64,000 nt of DNA, from the NCBI GenBank assembly GCA_002269645.1, contig NIVC01001660.1, positions 124,001 to 188,000 on the forward strand, written 5' to 3'. This DNA is from Macrostomum lignano. Lineage: Eukaryota. The notes under the pieces were generated by a model that did no database searches, had not been told where the DNA came from, and saw only the letters and a list, made by a program, of their open reading frames with translations. Numbering within the stretch: the stretch's first letter is position 1; every line of letters starts with the position of its first letter. Shown one piece after another: positions 46,776 to 59,799 of the stretch. The position numbers and the translations under genes are program-made.

Positions 46776-48852
46776 CCACTAAAGACTGTGTCAACTCAGC
46801 AGTCTATTGAACTAAGAATCAATAGTTCATAAATATAAGCACAAGACTAGGCTGTGTGTGACCTTTATGGATTTTGCTATCTAGACCTATTGCCAATGCA
46901 AAGACTAGCCACCAAAGTGTTGATTTCTTGATTTTTAAGATTCTCTTGTCAACAATGAGCTCATATTTTTAGAAGCAATAACTAGGAGCATATAATTTCA
47001 TTTGGGTTTATAAAATATTTTTATACCAAATATAAATTGAATTAATAAAGGTCTAGCCATATAGTTTTAATATATAACACAATAAGTCCTTTACCAATAT
47101 TATTCCTAGAGAAAATATAATATACATGGATAACTTATTATTAAGCATATAAAAAAGCAAACAAACTTTGAACCTAGGCTTATAGTTGCATAAGAATACA
47201 AAAATATTTTTATTATTGTCTTAACTTTGTTTTTGATAAACTAATGAGTAACTTCTAGTTTATATATATTAAATTTTATGCTTTTTAAACTAGAGGATTT
47301 TAAGCTTGTTTATTAAGCATGTTATAGTTAAAGACTTAAAATCTAGGCTAACACTTAGGACTCTATAAGATTTATTATTATTAATTTTGCCTATTAGGCC
47401 TTTATGCTTTAGGGCCATAGTTAGGCCTAGAAATTATAGTTTTACTTTAAAAAGTTGTTCTTTCTATACTACAACTTATTACTTATGCTCTATCAAATTT
47501 TTATGCACAATACTTTTAAGCTTTCTAGGACTATCCTTTATCTATCAATAATAATAAGAATAGCATTAATCCAACAAAAATAACCAAAATATGTACTTTA
47601 TATAATAAAAATACTTTTTAAAGAATAGTTATGCCTAAAATATATAAAGGGATTAAAGAAGAAAATTTAAGCCATTTTTACTATGAATAATATTTAACAA
47701 AGCTTATTGCTAAAATTTGATGTTTATCTAGCCAGGCTAAACCTAATATGAAACTTAAGTTAGGCCCCTAGTTAGCAATTTAAAAAAATATTTACAAGCC
47801 TATTTGGTTTAACATTTTATAGACCTTTTAGGCCTATATAGACCTACTACAAATTCTAGTTGTTTTGCTCCTAAACCATTTTGGCCATGGATATTTTGCC
47901 CCTAGACCATTTTGCCCATAGTCCATTTTGCTTATAAACCAGTTTGGCTATAGGCATTTTGGCCAAAATGGTGATTATGTATTTTAGAGATATAGCCATA
48001 TGTCTTTATTTTCTTTTTTCAATGTTAATTTTTAGACTTATTGTATAATAAAATATTATTTGAATTATTGCTACAACAATTGTGTTATTACAATTTTGTT
48101 TATTACAACAGTGAATTATTACAAGTTTTTTTAAAAAGTCATTTCTTTTGAAAGTGTGACAATTAAAGCCAATTTGAACAATCAGATAAGAAAGGGTTTC
48201 AATTACAAGCAAGGTAAAGCTAGAAATACTAAAAGAATAAGATTTGTCACCAAAATTGAGAATCAAAGCACAAAGTTTAAAACCATAAAGTTTAGAAATA
48301 GTCCATGGCCAAAACTATCTATGGGTGAAATGTTTTGTGGGTGAAATGGTCTGTGGGCAAAAAGGTCTAGAGGCAAAATGTCTATGGCCAAAATGGTTAA
48401 TAGGCAAAACAACTCGTTATTACCTACTACTAGTCCAAATTAAAACTTATTTTGTTTATTTTTTAAATGTAAAAGCTTTTTGGGCTTGGCTTTTCTTTTT
48501 TATTTATGTTATAACTTTTCAAAAGCCTTTGTTGTTAGAAAAAGATGATAGTTTTTTATTTTCCTAATAAAAACTAGAATCATATATATTATATATTTAT
48601 AGTTTTATTTTCCAAAAATTATTTTTCTTTTTTCTTATATATATTTTATTTAATCCTAATTACAATAGGCCTATTATTGTTAGCCCTTTAGGCCTAATTA
48701 TTTTTTGGAAGAGAAAGGTTGTTTTTAGTTTAAGCCTATCTTAACTAATGTCTAGGCCTATTTCATCTATCTTCTTAGTTGGCTTTATAGCTTGCTTATT
48801 GTCTATATTTATATTAATGTAATTATATTCAAGACCTAATCTTAGCTATCAA

Positions 48853-49445
48853 CCCTATTGGAATAAATGTTAAAAACCCGCGGACGCGCGCTTTAGAAAA
48901 GAGTCAAACTATTTTACCGCGCTTTAGGATTATTAGAGATGTTCCGAAAGATCTGCAGTTTCGTCGAAATCAAAATTTGCTAACTTTCCAAAATCAAAAT
49001 TGAAATTTTCCGAAATCATAATTCAGAAAAACAAAGTTTAGTTCGATCAACACTCACTTTTTTACTTTTAATTTACTGCTTAAGCAAAAAGTAATACATG
49101 TATATGTAGTAGAAAGTAGTTTATTTTTAGCGACTCTTTAGACACTACCAAAATTTTCACTTCTAAATTTTTTTCTAAATTGAAATTCGCTCTAAAAAAT
49201 TTCAAATTTTGGAAAATTGAAATTGAATTCTCGGAACATCTCAAAGCTTAATAAATTACGAGTGTATAAGCCCCTTCAACAGGGGTATTATACCCATTTC
49301 CATGTATATGTATTTGCTAGAGCAGCAGCCAGTAAGAAAGGGCAGCGCGCGCGCAGGCGATGCGCCTGTGCGCGCGCTGCGCTTTAGAAAAATTTCAAAA
49401 GTGCGCCGGACACCGTCCGCGGTTTTACAACTTTTTCCTATAGGG
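48853..49445. mobile_element. MITE, 593 bp, imperfect about 33-bp TIRs, 8-bp TSD
   Basis: Left CCCTATTGGAATAAATGTTAAAAACCCGCGGACG; right (reverse complement) CCCTATAGGAAAAAGTTGTAAAACCGCGGACG; GCTATCAA at 48845-48852 and 49446-49453. Confidence 0.8.
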
Positions 49446-52400
49446 GCTATCAATATTATAAATCTAGATCAAATTTTCTAATTAGGCCTAGCCTATAACT
49501 TTAAATAAACCTACAAAATAATATATACAAAGCATTTGATTTAATATAAAAAATAAGCCAGGCCTAACCAAAATAGGATGGGAACTACTATGAAAATCTA
49601 GTTAAGCCTATAGTATAATATAGGCCTTAATTTAAATTTTAGGCCATATATACACAACCTCCAAAATTTGGTCAGCCATGCAACTTAGTTTTAACAAAAA
49701 ATACAATATAGTTTTTGGCCAAAATATGACTTACATGTTAAAGAAACCCTAAAACAAAATTAATGCAACTTTGGGTAAATGATAGGAGTAACTATGATTG
49801 TCTTATTAAGGCAAAGGCAGTTGTTATTGTTATAATGACCATATAAATAACAAAATGATTATTTATGGTTAATGCATAAGACACTATGTGGGCCTATGGT
49901 CTTTACAAGTTTAATATAACTATATAAATAGCAACTGTTATTTTTATAGTCACTATAGGTAGTAAGCAAAAGGGCTATTTTTACAGTCATGTGGAAGAAA
50001 TTTCTATTAAATTACAAGGTAATAGTTAACAATTACCTAAATAGTTAGTTAACATAGTTATAGTTAACAATACAATTATTGTTAACTATTATAGTTAACA
50101 ATAACAATAATTGTATAATTCATAAATTCAATAATTAAGAACCAATCTAATGGTTCTGGAACTTCTGGTTTATAACTAATTATTAACAATTATAGTTAAC
50201 AATAGGCCTACCTAAAACTAAAATCAATTAATACCTAAAGTAAACTACTATGACAAGAACCACTAAAAGTTATTATTGTATTTATTAATAAAACATTTCT
50301 TTATTTTTTTAATTTAACCATCATAGTATTTGTATAGCAAGTTTGTCACTTCATTTAGATGGTGTTTGTTTCAAGTGTTAATTGTAAAAATAACTGTCTC
50401 ACTATTTATAATATATGGTCACTGTAACAAAAACAACTGCCTAAGGCAAAATGCCCTATTATCTACTTTAGTACTACTTGGGTATTTATTTGGGGAGGCA
50501 TTTTTGCAACTTACCTTGGTTGGCCACCAAATTGGTTAGCTAGATCGGCCAACTTGGTTAACTGTTGCACATGTAAAATTTATCATTTAGGCCTATGTAG
50601 GTTTATTATTATTAGGATGGTCTAGGTCTTCTCAAATTTCTATTGTTCACTTCCTTGAAGTTTCTTAGACATTGTATTTCAATGTCATAGGGCCTATTAT
50701 TAATCTTATTAAGCCTAGGCTAACCATACAAAAATACCAAAGTTTGGCAACTTTGACTAAACACAATCACAATGTAGAGTTAAATTTCGTGTTCAAATTT
50801 CAGATTTTTACTTTACAAGTAAGCCCTATGCCTAGTAGTAGTCATACATGCACAACACCTATCCAACCTATCCAAACCGCAAAACCAGTCAACCAGACAG
50901 GTGAAATGACTGTTGGCCAAGCCCAAGGTACAAAATCAAAAATGCAAAAAACAAAAATTTGAGGGAAGAAAGAAAGGAGAAAGAGAAAAAGAAAAGAAAG
51001 AAAGGAAAAGAGAGAAGAGGAGAAAGAAAAAGAAAGAAAAGAAAAGAGAAAAAAAACAAGAAAAGCCATATACAAAGTGAAAATTTAGTTGCAATTGTGA
51101 ATTGGGGGGACTAGGGCCTAAGTCCCAATCAAGAGGAACTAAGTCGCAAATCTGGACAAAACTAAGTTGCACCAGACGGGTAAAATTTTGAGGTTGGGCA
51201 TGTATGCTAGTATTGCTTTTTGCGTTCTAGTTTGGACTGCGGGCTTCTAAATTTGGACTGGACAGTGGACACAGGGTTTCCAGTTCATTCGTCTGCCGAC
51301 AGTTCGTCTGCTGAGTAGACGAAACGCCCTTTCTTTCTGAAACTGTTCGTCTGCTGGTGGGGATGAGGAATGGTATGGTATTTATTAGTAGGGTATGGTA
51401 TGGTATGGTCTGGAGTGACAAAGATTTGCCGTTTCGTTTTCTGTTACGTTTCGGTTCGTGTTCGTGGTCACTTGTAGATAATAAAATTACATTTAAAAAT
51501 TCGCGAATAAAAATATTAACGGTATAATTAAGATGGTAACGACAAGTGACAAACAACAAGTTGTAATTGAACAGAGTGAGATTCAATTCACAACGAAAAA
51601 TCAGAGTATAAAGTCATTTAGGCACGTCCAGGGCCTCCCCACTAATTTTTTAGCACCCTCTCTTCCTCTTCTGTGAACCCTGTGCCATCCGCGATGGCTT
51701 ATTTGATGAGTCATCGAGATGGCTCGTGCTTATCGGCCACCCCACTCTCCCGCGCATTAAGCCCACCTATTCTATTGTTCGAATATATTCATGCGTGTGA
51801 CAGTTTTATGACACCTATATCTCCCCATATTATATTTATATTTGCAGACTTTACTATGTATTTGCAGACATTAATTTATTTAATAATAAATTTGCACCTC
51901 GGTGCAGATAATACCGCGACCCCCCCCCCCCCGGTGCGCAACAGCGGCAAGACCAAGTGAGGGCAGCGAAGCGAGCGCCGGCGAGTTGAACGTCGGCGTG
52001 AGCAAGCGAAACTGGTGAGGTCGGCAACGTACGTACGTACGTACTGGTTTTCGCCCGTCGAGCTGCTGCTGATCCTTGGCCAATCGGATCTTCTGGGTGG
52101 CGCCGGGGGACCGTGAGGCTTCTGTCATCGAGACCCAGCCGTACCACAGGGCCCGCTTCTCGGGTCAGGACGCTGAACTCTGCCGCACTCTCAAGGCCGC
52201 CTGGGTGGAGAGGGCTGCTGCTGCAGCGCAGCATAGCGCTCAACCTCAAATGCAATGTCATCTCGCTGCAAGAGGTGTCCATCAGGGCCGAATCGGGAAA
52301 TCACTGTGAGGACCTAGTCACCGGCTGGACCCTCGGTACACGTCGGCGGACCAACGAAGCCGTGGAGGAGTTGGAGCGCTGATCGGACCGAGGCTGCAGC

Positions 52401-53763
52401 AGAGCTATCGCTGCATATCTCCCTGTCTGACCGGCTGCTTCGGGTCGACGTCCGGCTTCGCTCTGAGGCTGCTGAAACGATCTGGGGCTGCCACCGGAGA
52501 CGCCGTAGCCGGTAGAGGAGAGTAATGTAGCCCCAGTCAGCACAGCCGACGTTGTGAAGCTCGCCCCATTAACAGTCACCGGGCGGGAAAGCGCGGGGTT
52601 CGGACGAGGTGCCCATCGAGGCGCTGCGCATCCACTGTGTGGCCAGCGAGGTCGCCAGTGTGATGAACTGCGTGCTTTTCGGTGAGGAGGCACCCAACGA
52701 ATGGACCACGGCGTACATCGTCGCAGTTCCTAAGAAGCCGGGCACCACGAGGCTTGAGAGGAGCATCGAGGTATCTGCCTTCAGTCCTGCGCTGCGAAGT
52801 TGTTCAACCGGATGCTGTTATCGCGGTTACAGCCCGTGTTGGATCCGTACCTGCGTCCTGAGCAGAACGGCTTCCGGCCCCATCGCGGCACAGTGACGCA
52901 GATCCTGGCTCTTCGGCGAGTCATTGAGGAAGCATGGATACGCCAGTCGATCCCGATTGTTATCTTCATAGATTTCAAGAAGGCATTCGACTCGGTCGTC
53001 AGGTCTGTGCTCCCAAAGGTGCTCCGTTCGTACAATATGCCAGAGCAGCTGATCTCCGCCGTCATGGCGCTGTATCACGGCACGAACGCTGCTTTCTTTG
53101 AGACATCCTCTGGGGTGCTTCAGGGAGATACGCTTGCGCTGTTCCTGTTCGTCCTGGTACTTGACTGGGTGCTGCGGACTGCTCCGGCCCTTCTAACGAT
53201 GACGGCTTCCTGTTGCAGCGACGCGTGGGTCGACTCCAACCGGAAAGGCGGCTCAGCGTACTGGGCTACGCCGATGATCTCGCTCTGCTGTCCTCGACCA
53301 TCGAGGGCGCCCAACGCCAGTTGGACCGGCTGGTGAGCGTCGCGGCGAGTGTCGGCCTGGTTTTCAACATGCAGAAGACCGTCGAGCTCTGCGTGCCGGA
53401 TGACATTGAGGCTGCAATTTTGACGAAGCGAGGTGACGAAGCTTTCGTGCTATGAGCAGTTCGTCTACCTCGGCGGTCTGGTGCCTGCATGACGTTTGCG
53501 AGGACCTGCGACGCCCGCCGTGCACTTGACTGGGCTGCCTTCCGTTCCGCGAGGCTTGTCCTGCAGTCCGAGGCCCTGCCCGACTGCCAAAGTTTTCGGC
53601 GGTGATCGAGACCGTCCTGTTGTACAACGCCGAGACCTGGACGCTTACGGATGCGCTCGAACAGCTGGTCGATGCGGCGCACGCTGGCCTGCTGCGCGCC
53701 GCTTTCAAGATCCGCTACGAGCGAGTCGCCATTGTAGCACTCTATCGCCGCACCGGCTTGTCC

Positions 53764-55807
53764 TGATGTGTTCCTTATTACCCGACTTTCGATAATCAAG
53801 GAACAATCACTTCTAGTTCAGTAGCTAGGCAACCCAGTAAGTCAACAGAAGGTATTCAATTACCTTGAGTCCTTTGGAGATCTCTCGGAGTAGCTCTTGA
53901 CTTACTTGACTTTGACTTAGCTGCAGGGTGGTCCGTAGACACAGCGGGGAGGCGAGGGTCGCCCATTCCGCTAGCCCCTGAAGGCCCGCAGACAGGCAGA
54001 GGCGTGGGGCCGGTCAGGGTGGTCCGCCGGTCCGTCCTGCAGCGTGATCTTCCGTTGGGAAGAAACTGGCTCGTCTAGTCGCCCGAAGGAACTGGATGAG
54101 CCGTGGGATGCTGTCGGGCTGGCAAACCTCGTCAATGGACGGGTTCGGCCCGAGGTAGCGTAGCCGGTCTCTGTTAAAGAAAGGGCAGTGACAGACAAAG
54201 TGCTGAGCATCTTCATTGTCGCACTCGCAAAAGGGGCAAATTTCGCTCTCGAGGTCGCCTCGGAGGAAGCAGTGCCTGGCGAGGTAGCCATGGCCGGTAA
54301 GGGTCATGACAAGGGCTCGAATATCCTTCCGATTCTGGTTCAGAAGGATGTTTCTGAGCCTGTGAGACGGGCAAGGAACCGCGGCACGAGATTGCCGGCA
54401 GTTTTGGGTGCCCGCCCATCTGTCCCTGTGGAGGGAGTCAGCCCAGTCGTCGATCTGACGATTGATGACTGTCAAGGGCATAGGGACCAGGGGGCAGGGC
54501 CGAAAAAAGAGCCAGAGCCGCCCCTCTTGGCGAGGGTGTCTGCCAGCTCGTTCCCCGGAAACCCTGCGTGCCCTGGGATCCACTTCAGCCTGACAGTATT
54601 GCTTCTGGCCAGGAGGTTGAGCTGCCGGGCGCAGTCGGCGACTGTCCGGGAGTTCGTTGTGGTGTGGCAAAGGGCCTGTAAGGCCGCTTGGCTGTCGGAG
54701 TGGATGACAATAGTCTTTCCTCTCGTAACCTTGGCGTTTAGCTCTGCAGCGCAAGAGCTGATGGCAAGGACTTCGTTCTGGAAGACTGTGGAGAGTCTAC
54801 CAGTGTGCTGGGCATGCGTGGCAATTACGCGGCCGTTGATGATGATGCAGACCCCAAAGCCGGCGCGACCGTCTTTGATGGATCCGTCCGTGTAGCAATG
54901 GACCTCCTGGAAATTCCAGTGGTCATTGGCAGCATCCCTAGAGGGGATGGTGACCTTGTAGCGCTGAAAGAGGTTGAGAGTGCGGGGTTCGCCGTCAGAT
55001 AGGACGTGGAGCCCGCCGCTGTCTCTCAAGTCCTTGAGGCAGAGGTCAGCGTGGGGCAGAAGCTTGCGCTTAGCCATGGCCCTAGCTCTCGATTAGTTTC
55101 AGTTGCTCTCGTATAGTCACTTCTGACTTTCGTTTGTAGATCGAGTCCGAGTCTTCGTTTCTTCTTCAAATAGTTCCGGCCGGATTCTGTCGCTCGGACC
55201 AATGGGAAGCTTCCGAATTAACAATGGGATCCCTGCGCCAAACTGCGGTCTGAATTAAGCCTCCTTCTAGAAGTGCCTCTATGCACTCTAGGTATGGCTC
55301 CGGAAACCACTGATAGTCTCCTAAGATCTATCAGGGGCAGTCCTTCTGGAGACTGCAACCAATGGAGTCTAAACAGACTCAAGAGTCTCAACAGACTCAA
55401 ATAAACTCAAGTCTCAATAGACTTGAGCGAGACGTCTCTAACACAACGGGCGCAAATAAGGAAGGCTTACCGCAACAATTCGACCGAGTCTCGATTGACT
55501 TGGTTGTTCAGGAAGTCCTCCTGAGGCTTCCTTTTCGGAGCTTCTCCTCTCGTCGGGAGTTGGCTCCTGGTCCGCTTCGGACCGCTTGTATTTATAGGCA
55601 ACTTTTTGATCCAAAATAGCATTATGACAATTCACGTGTTGCGCTAAAAGGGGAAAATGGCTCATGGCGTATTATTTTGGTAACATCTTTTCTTGGTAGC
55701 GTGATTCATTCAAAGCTTAGGCGCACATGCGTGTACTTACTTACTTATAGTAGCATTATACGATTATCTTATTTTTACCTTTTTAACGGGAGGTAGAACA
55801 CTCTACA
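53764..55807 (-). mobile_element. Solo LTR (about 0.85 kb net) with 4-bp TSD, itself interrupted by a LINE
   Basis: TG...CA ends with short imperfect inverted termini (TGATGTGTTC / GAACACTCTACA); TSD GTCC at 53760-53763 and 55808-55811; removing it restores the host LINE frame; minus-strand TATAAATA near 55595. Confidence 0.8.
53898..55082 (-). mobile_element. 5'-truncated RNase H-containing LINE (I/R1/Loa/Tad1-like group): RNase H + CCHC knuckle + short tandem tail
   Basis: YTDGS, FQNEVLAI, IHSDSQAAL, WIPGHAGFPGNELAD (RNase H); LTGHG...CPFCECDNEDAQHFVCHCP; TSD TAGCTCT at 53891-53897 and 55083-55089; 1-bp frameshift near 54492. Confidence 0.88.
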
Positions 55808-57394
55808 GTCCCGTCCTAGCGAACTATTGCGCCGTCGGCGACTCCAGCTGGCAGGCCATTTCATTCGAGCCGAGTCGTACTGCCCACAGCCGGTGCACGA
55901 GGTGCTGCTGCTGACGCTACAGGCACCCTACTGGCGGGGGCAGGCGCGCACTCGGCGTTTCGTCGACTGCCTGTTGACTGATGCCGGCGCCTCAGACGCT
56001 GACGGTGGTGCAGCCTACGTTCGCGACCAGGCCTTGAAACGCGCCTTTGTGACGTTGTCTGCTGACTGACTGACAACGTATTTTGTTGGGTTGTTGTTAT
56101 CTCCTCAAGCTTTTTCCCGCCTTGTTACGTAATCCCCCATCATAAATTATGAATTTTCTACGCCGCCCCACCCCAACTCTCGTCCAATCGCAGCGCGGCT
56201 TGTGTAGGTGACGTCATCAGGTTTGCCTTTGGTAACAGAAGTCATGGAGAAAGGTAACGGCCTTCAAAATCACGCATCCCGCTGAGGTGATGTATTGGCG
56301 CGTGATTTTAGGGCTATATAAATAATACATACATGTGTACATGTAGCTAGGAGCCCAGAACGGCTAAATTGGTACGACTTCCGGTTGTTTTTTGGTGTTT
56401 GTTTTCCCTCGAGACCAACCTTCAGTAATTCTTAGGACTCAGTATCCGTACCGGCGATCTCCCTTTGAGACCAAATTAATTTCCCCTAAACACTTTGATT
56501 GCTCCCATATGCCATGCAGATCCTTCTGCGAGGATCTTCCCAATGGTCATCACGTTGAGTCAGCCGCCCGTGACCATCCGGACAGCCGTAAGTGTTAGCT
56601 AAAGATATTTTCCTCCATTGCGTTGTCTTGGGGTATTGTCATGCAGCCAATTAAGGTCTCCACCCCGTACAATTTGCTCACGTACCATCTTCTGATATTC
56701 ATTATTCTTAATCCCCTCTGACTGTTAGTGCCATGCAAGTTCAGGTCCAGAAATTCAGGGCATTAGCCATTCAAATATACCATTTTGCAGCCTAGTCAAT
56801 ACTATAGTGCTCTCTCTACTCACACTTCATGCAACGATTAATGGCAAATGAGAAAATAGACAGAAGCAGACAAATCTTTATGCCATGAATCGTGGCATAA
56901 CGTGTGAGTAGAGTGCGCCTGTCGCAGCCCTCGCAGGACATCGAATAGAAGCTGAGGATCAAAGTCCAAAATCAACGAGTATGAACGGAGTACATCCAAA
57001 TAATGATATCAGTAAGTACATGTTTTTTCTTAAGTCCCTGCAAGATGTGCACCATTGAGAGAGCTCTGGGACTTGCGGCTGCACTTTCCCATCCATTGCT
57101 GCATCGAGCGGCCATATCTAGAATAGTACATGTAGAATGGCGTTACCTAATATTCACTTTGGGATCCTGGGCGCTTAGGAGGGATTAAAGTAGCCTAGAA
57201 TCGCCCACCAAGTAAAGATCCCCCTATACATGTACAGTGTGCATATGCAAAAGTCCTTATTCCAGCACTGGTCGAACTAAACTGTCCCTTGAATGTTTCG
57301 CATGGAGTCCCTTAATCGGCCATTTCTAGTGCAATTTGGGGTCAAGGAACTTTAGTCGGGTATAGACCGGGATTCCCGTCTCGTTAGTGGGAGT

Positions 57395-58279
57395 TTTTAG
57401 CGCCGCGGGCACCACCATTTTAGCGCCGCGGGCACCATTTTAGCGCCGCGGGCACCATTTTAGCGCCGCGGGCACCACCATTTTAGCGCCGCGGGCACCA
57501 TTTTAGCGCCGCGGGCACCACCATTTTAGCGCCGCGGGCACCATTTTAGCGCCGCGGGCACCATTTTAGCGCCGCGGGCACCATTTTAGCGCCGCGGGCA
57601 CCACCATTTTAGCGCTGCGGGCACCATTTTAGCGCCGCGGGCACCATTTTAGCGCCGCGAGCACCATTTTAGCGCCGCAGGCACCATTTTAGCGCCACGG
57701 GCACCATTTTAGCGCCGCAGGCACCATTTTAGCGCCGCAGGCACCAGTTTAACGCCGCAGGCACCATTTTAGCGCTGCGGGCACCAGTTTAGCGCCGCGG
57801 GCACCAGTTTAACGCCGCAGGCACCATTTTAGCGCTGCGGGCACCATTTTAGCGCCGCGGGCACCAGTTTAGCGCCGCGGGCACCATTTTAACGCCGCGA
57901 GCACCAGTTTAGCGCCGCGGGCACCAGTTTAGCGCCGCGGGCACCAGTTTAGCGCCGCGGGCACCATTTTAGCGCCGCGTGCACCATTTTAGCGCCGCGG
58001 GCACCATTTTAGCGCCGCGGGCACCAGTTTAGCGCCGCGGGCACCAGTTTAGCGCCGCGGGCACCAGTTTAGCGCCGCGGGCACCATTTTAGCGCCGCGG
58101 GCACCATTTTAGCGCCGCGGGCACCACTATGTTGTGTTGCCCTGAAGCAAAAAATGATTTTCATAAGAGGTCGACAAACGTGTGTTGGGGGACAAAATAT
58201 TGGCATGTCCTGCCCATAACTTTTACTGGGGGGGGACATGTCCCCTCTGTCCCTCCCCCCCCCCGGTGGCGCGCCCCTG
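57395..58279 (-). mobile_element. 20-bp minisatellite (ACCATTTTAGCGCCGCGGGC, 57395-58125) attached to a hAT-like terminus CAGGGGCG at 58279
   Basis: Repeat directly visible; the terminal segment is homologous to 34248-34400. Confidence 0.6.
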
Positions 58280-59799
58280 CCGGACTCGATCGATCCACGC
58301 TCTCTTTCGGGGCACCTGTTGCGGCTCGACGGAGCGACTGTCATCCTCAGGAGCGGCGCCACCCTACCCAGTTGATCCAGTTCGGTGACTGGCGCAGCGG
58401 TCCATCCTGTTGATGTCCGGCTGCCGGTTGCATTCAGTGCTCCAGTTGTAGCGCATAAGCCAGAATTTTAGTTCTGCTTAACGTTTTTTCCGCAACCTTT
58501 GTGCAATTCCCTTTTCTCCCCCTTTTTGCTTCTTTTGCTCTTTAGGCTTTCTGCTTTCTTATGCACTTCGCTCTCTCCCATTTCAGTGTTCGCGTCTGCC
58601 TTCTTTCGTGCTCCGATGGTTCGTTTGATTCTTGTAAATGCGAAATGCGATTCTAATTCATAAAGTGACGCAGATGTGCTTTAGACGCAACTTCAGACCC
58701 TACAGAGTCGTTTCATAGTCGCAGGTAATAAAACGCTCTAAATTGACTCTTAGGCGACAGCTTTTTGACATTTAGTGAAATCTCTTTTTCAGAAGCGATA
58801 AGAAAATACGCAAATATTAGTTCTCATGTGCATGCTTGAGAGCCGGCTCATTCTATTTTAAACTGCTTTGCGTGTATTATTCTGAGTAAAAAAAATAAAT
58901 TAAAACAGAATTTTGAGAGCAACTGAAGCGTTTGATAAAAATTCTTGAATAAACAAAACAGGTTAAGGATAAATAATCGTACTTTAGAAATAAATGAATA
59001 GCTGGAGTAACCGCATAGCGTAGTGTTTGAAAATCAATAAAAAATCTTTCGAATTTCAAATCAGCAAGCAGACGAGTCAGCCGCTGAGAGCCCCGGACAG
59101 GATATTCAAAAGCACAAACAGTAAGCATCGAAGTTCTGATGGATTCCATGCAATCTAGCTTTTATAATCAATTTAATGAAAAAACTACTGAAGTACGCTC
59201 GTAAATACGACTCGTACGACAACAAAATAAAAATCAATGTGGTTGAACCCCGGGTATGTGCGGCACAATGTTCTTGAAATTTACTGCAGATCAAGTCTTA
59301 TAGGGATTGGATGTATTCTAGTTGATTGTGTCTTTCAATGGGTTGCATCAAGAGTATCGACAGTTGATAAATATTCGCTAAGCGCTAGCTACTGCAGGAT
59401 GGCAGTTACTCCTCACAGCTGCTTGTGAAAGCTGTACAGAGGGATTTAAGAGATACAGAGAGATAGTCAGCTTTAAAATTAACAAAAATTACTGTAATTT
59501 CTTGACAAAAATATCTACCAAATACAAGTAGGCTAAAATACGACTTTATGTAAGACAAAGCCATCTAAAATAATGGACGATCAAGTGTAAAAAATACTCT
59601 TCTGAATATATAGTTTCTTTAAATCCATAGCTATAGCGCTTGGGTTTACGATTCGAAAAAATTGTCTTAGACACACAAAAAATCATTCTGGTTAATATGT
59701 TAGCTAGGAAAAAATCTGATCCTGTGAAACCTGAATAAAAGTTTTAACAATCTTTAATATAAAGAAATATTTCTATTCTATAAGGCGCACGGTTTGAAG

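Larger units (their letters stand above)
51925..56075 (+). mobile_element. Decayed RTE-clade LINE (APE N-terminus, internal deletion, RT, C-terminus), interrupted by a solo LTR
   Basis: NVISLQEV and GGVGALIG (APE, about 52150-52420); EQNGFRP, FIDFKKAFDSV, GVLQGDTL, LGYADDLALL (RT); GLS|RPSELLRRRRLQLAGH rejoined across the insertion; (CTGA)n tail at about 56060-56072; 5' boundary approximate. Confidence 0.85.

Noticed and set aside
51285-51335. CTGCTGAG-TAGA-CGAAAC resembling a minimal hammerhead
   Set aside because: The conserved A6 is C, stem I cannot pair in the type I or III layouts I tried, and the segment folds as a simple TTCGTCT/AGACGAA hairpin
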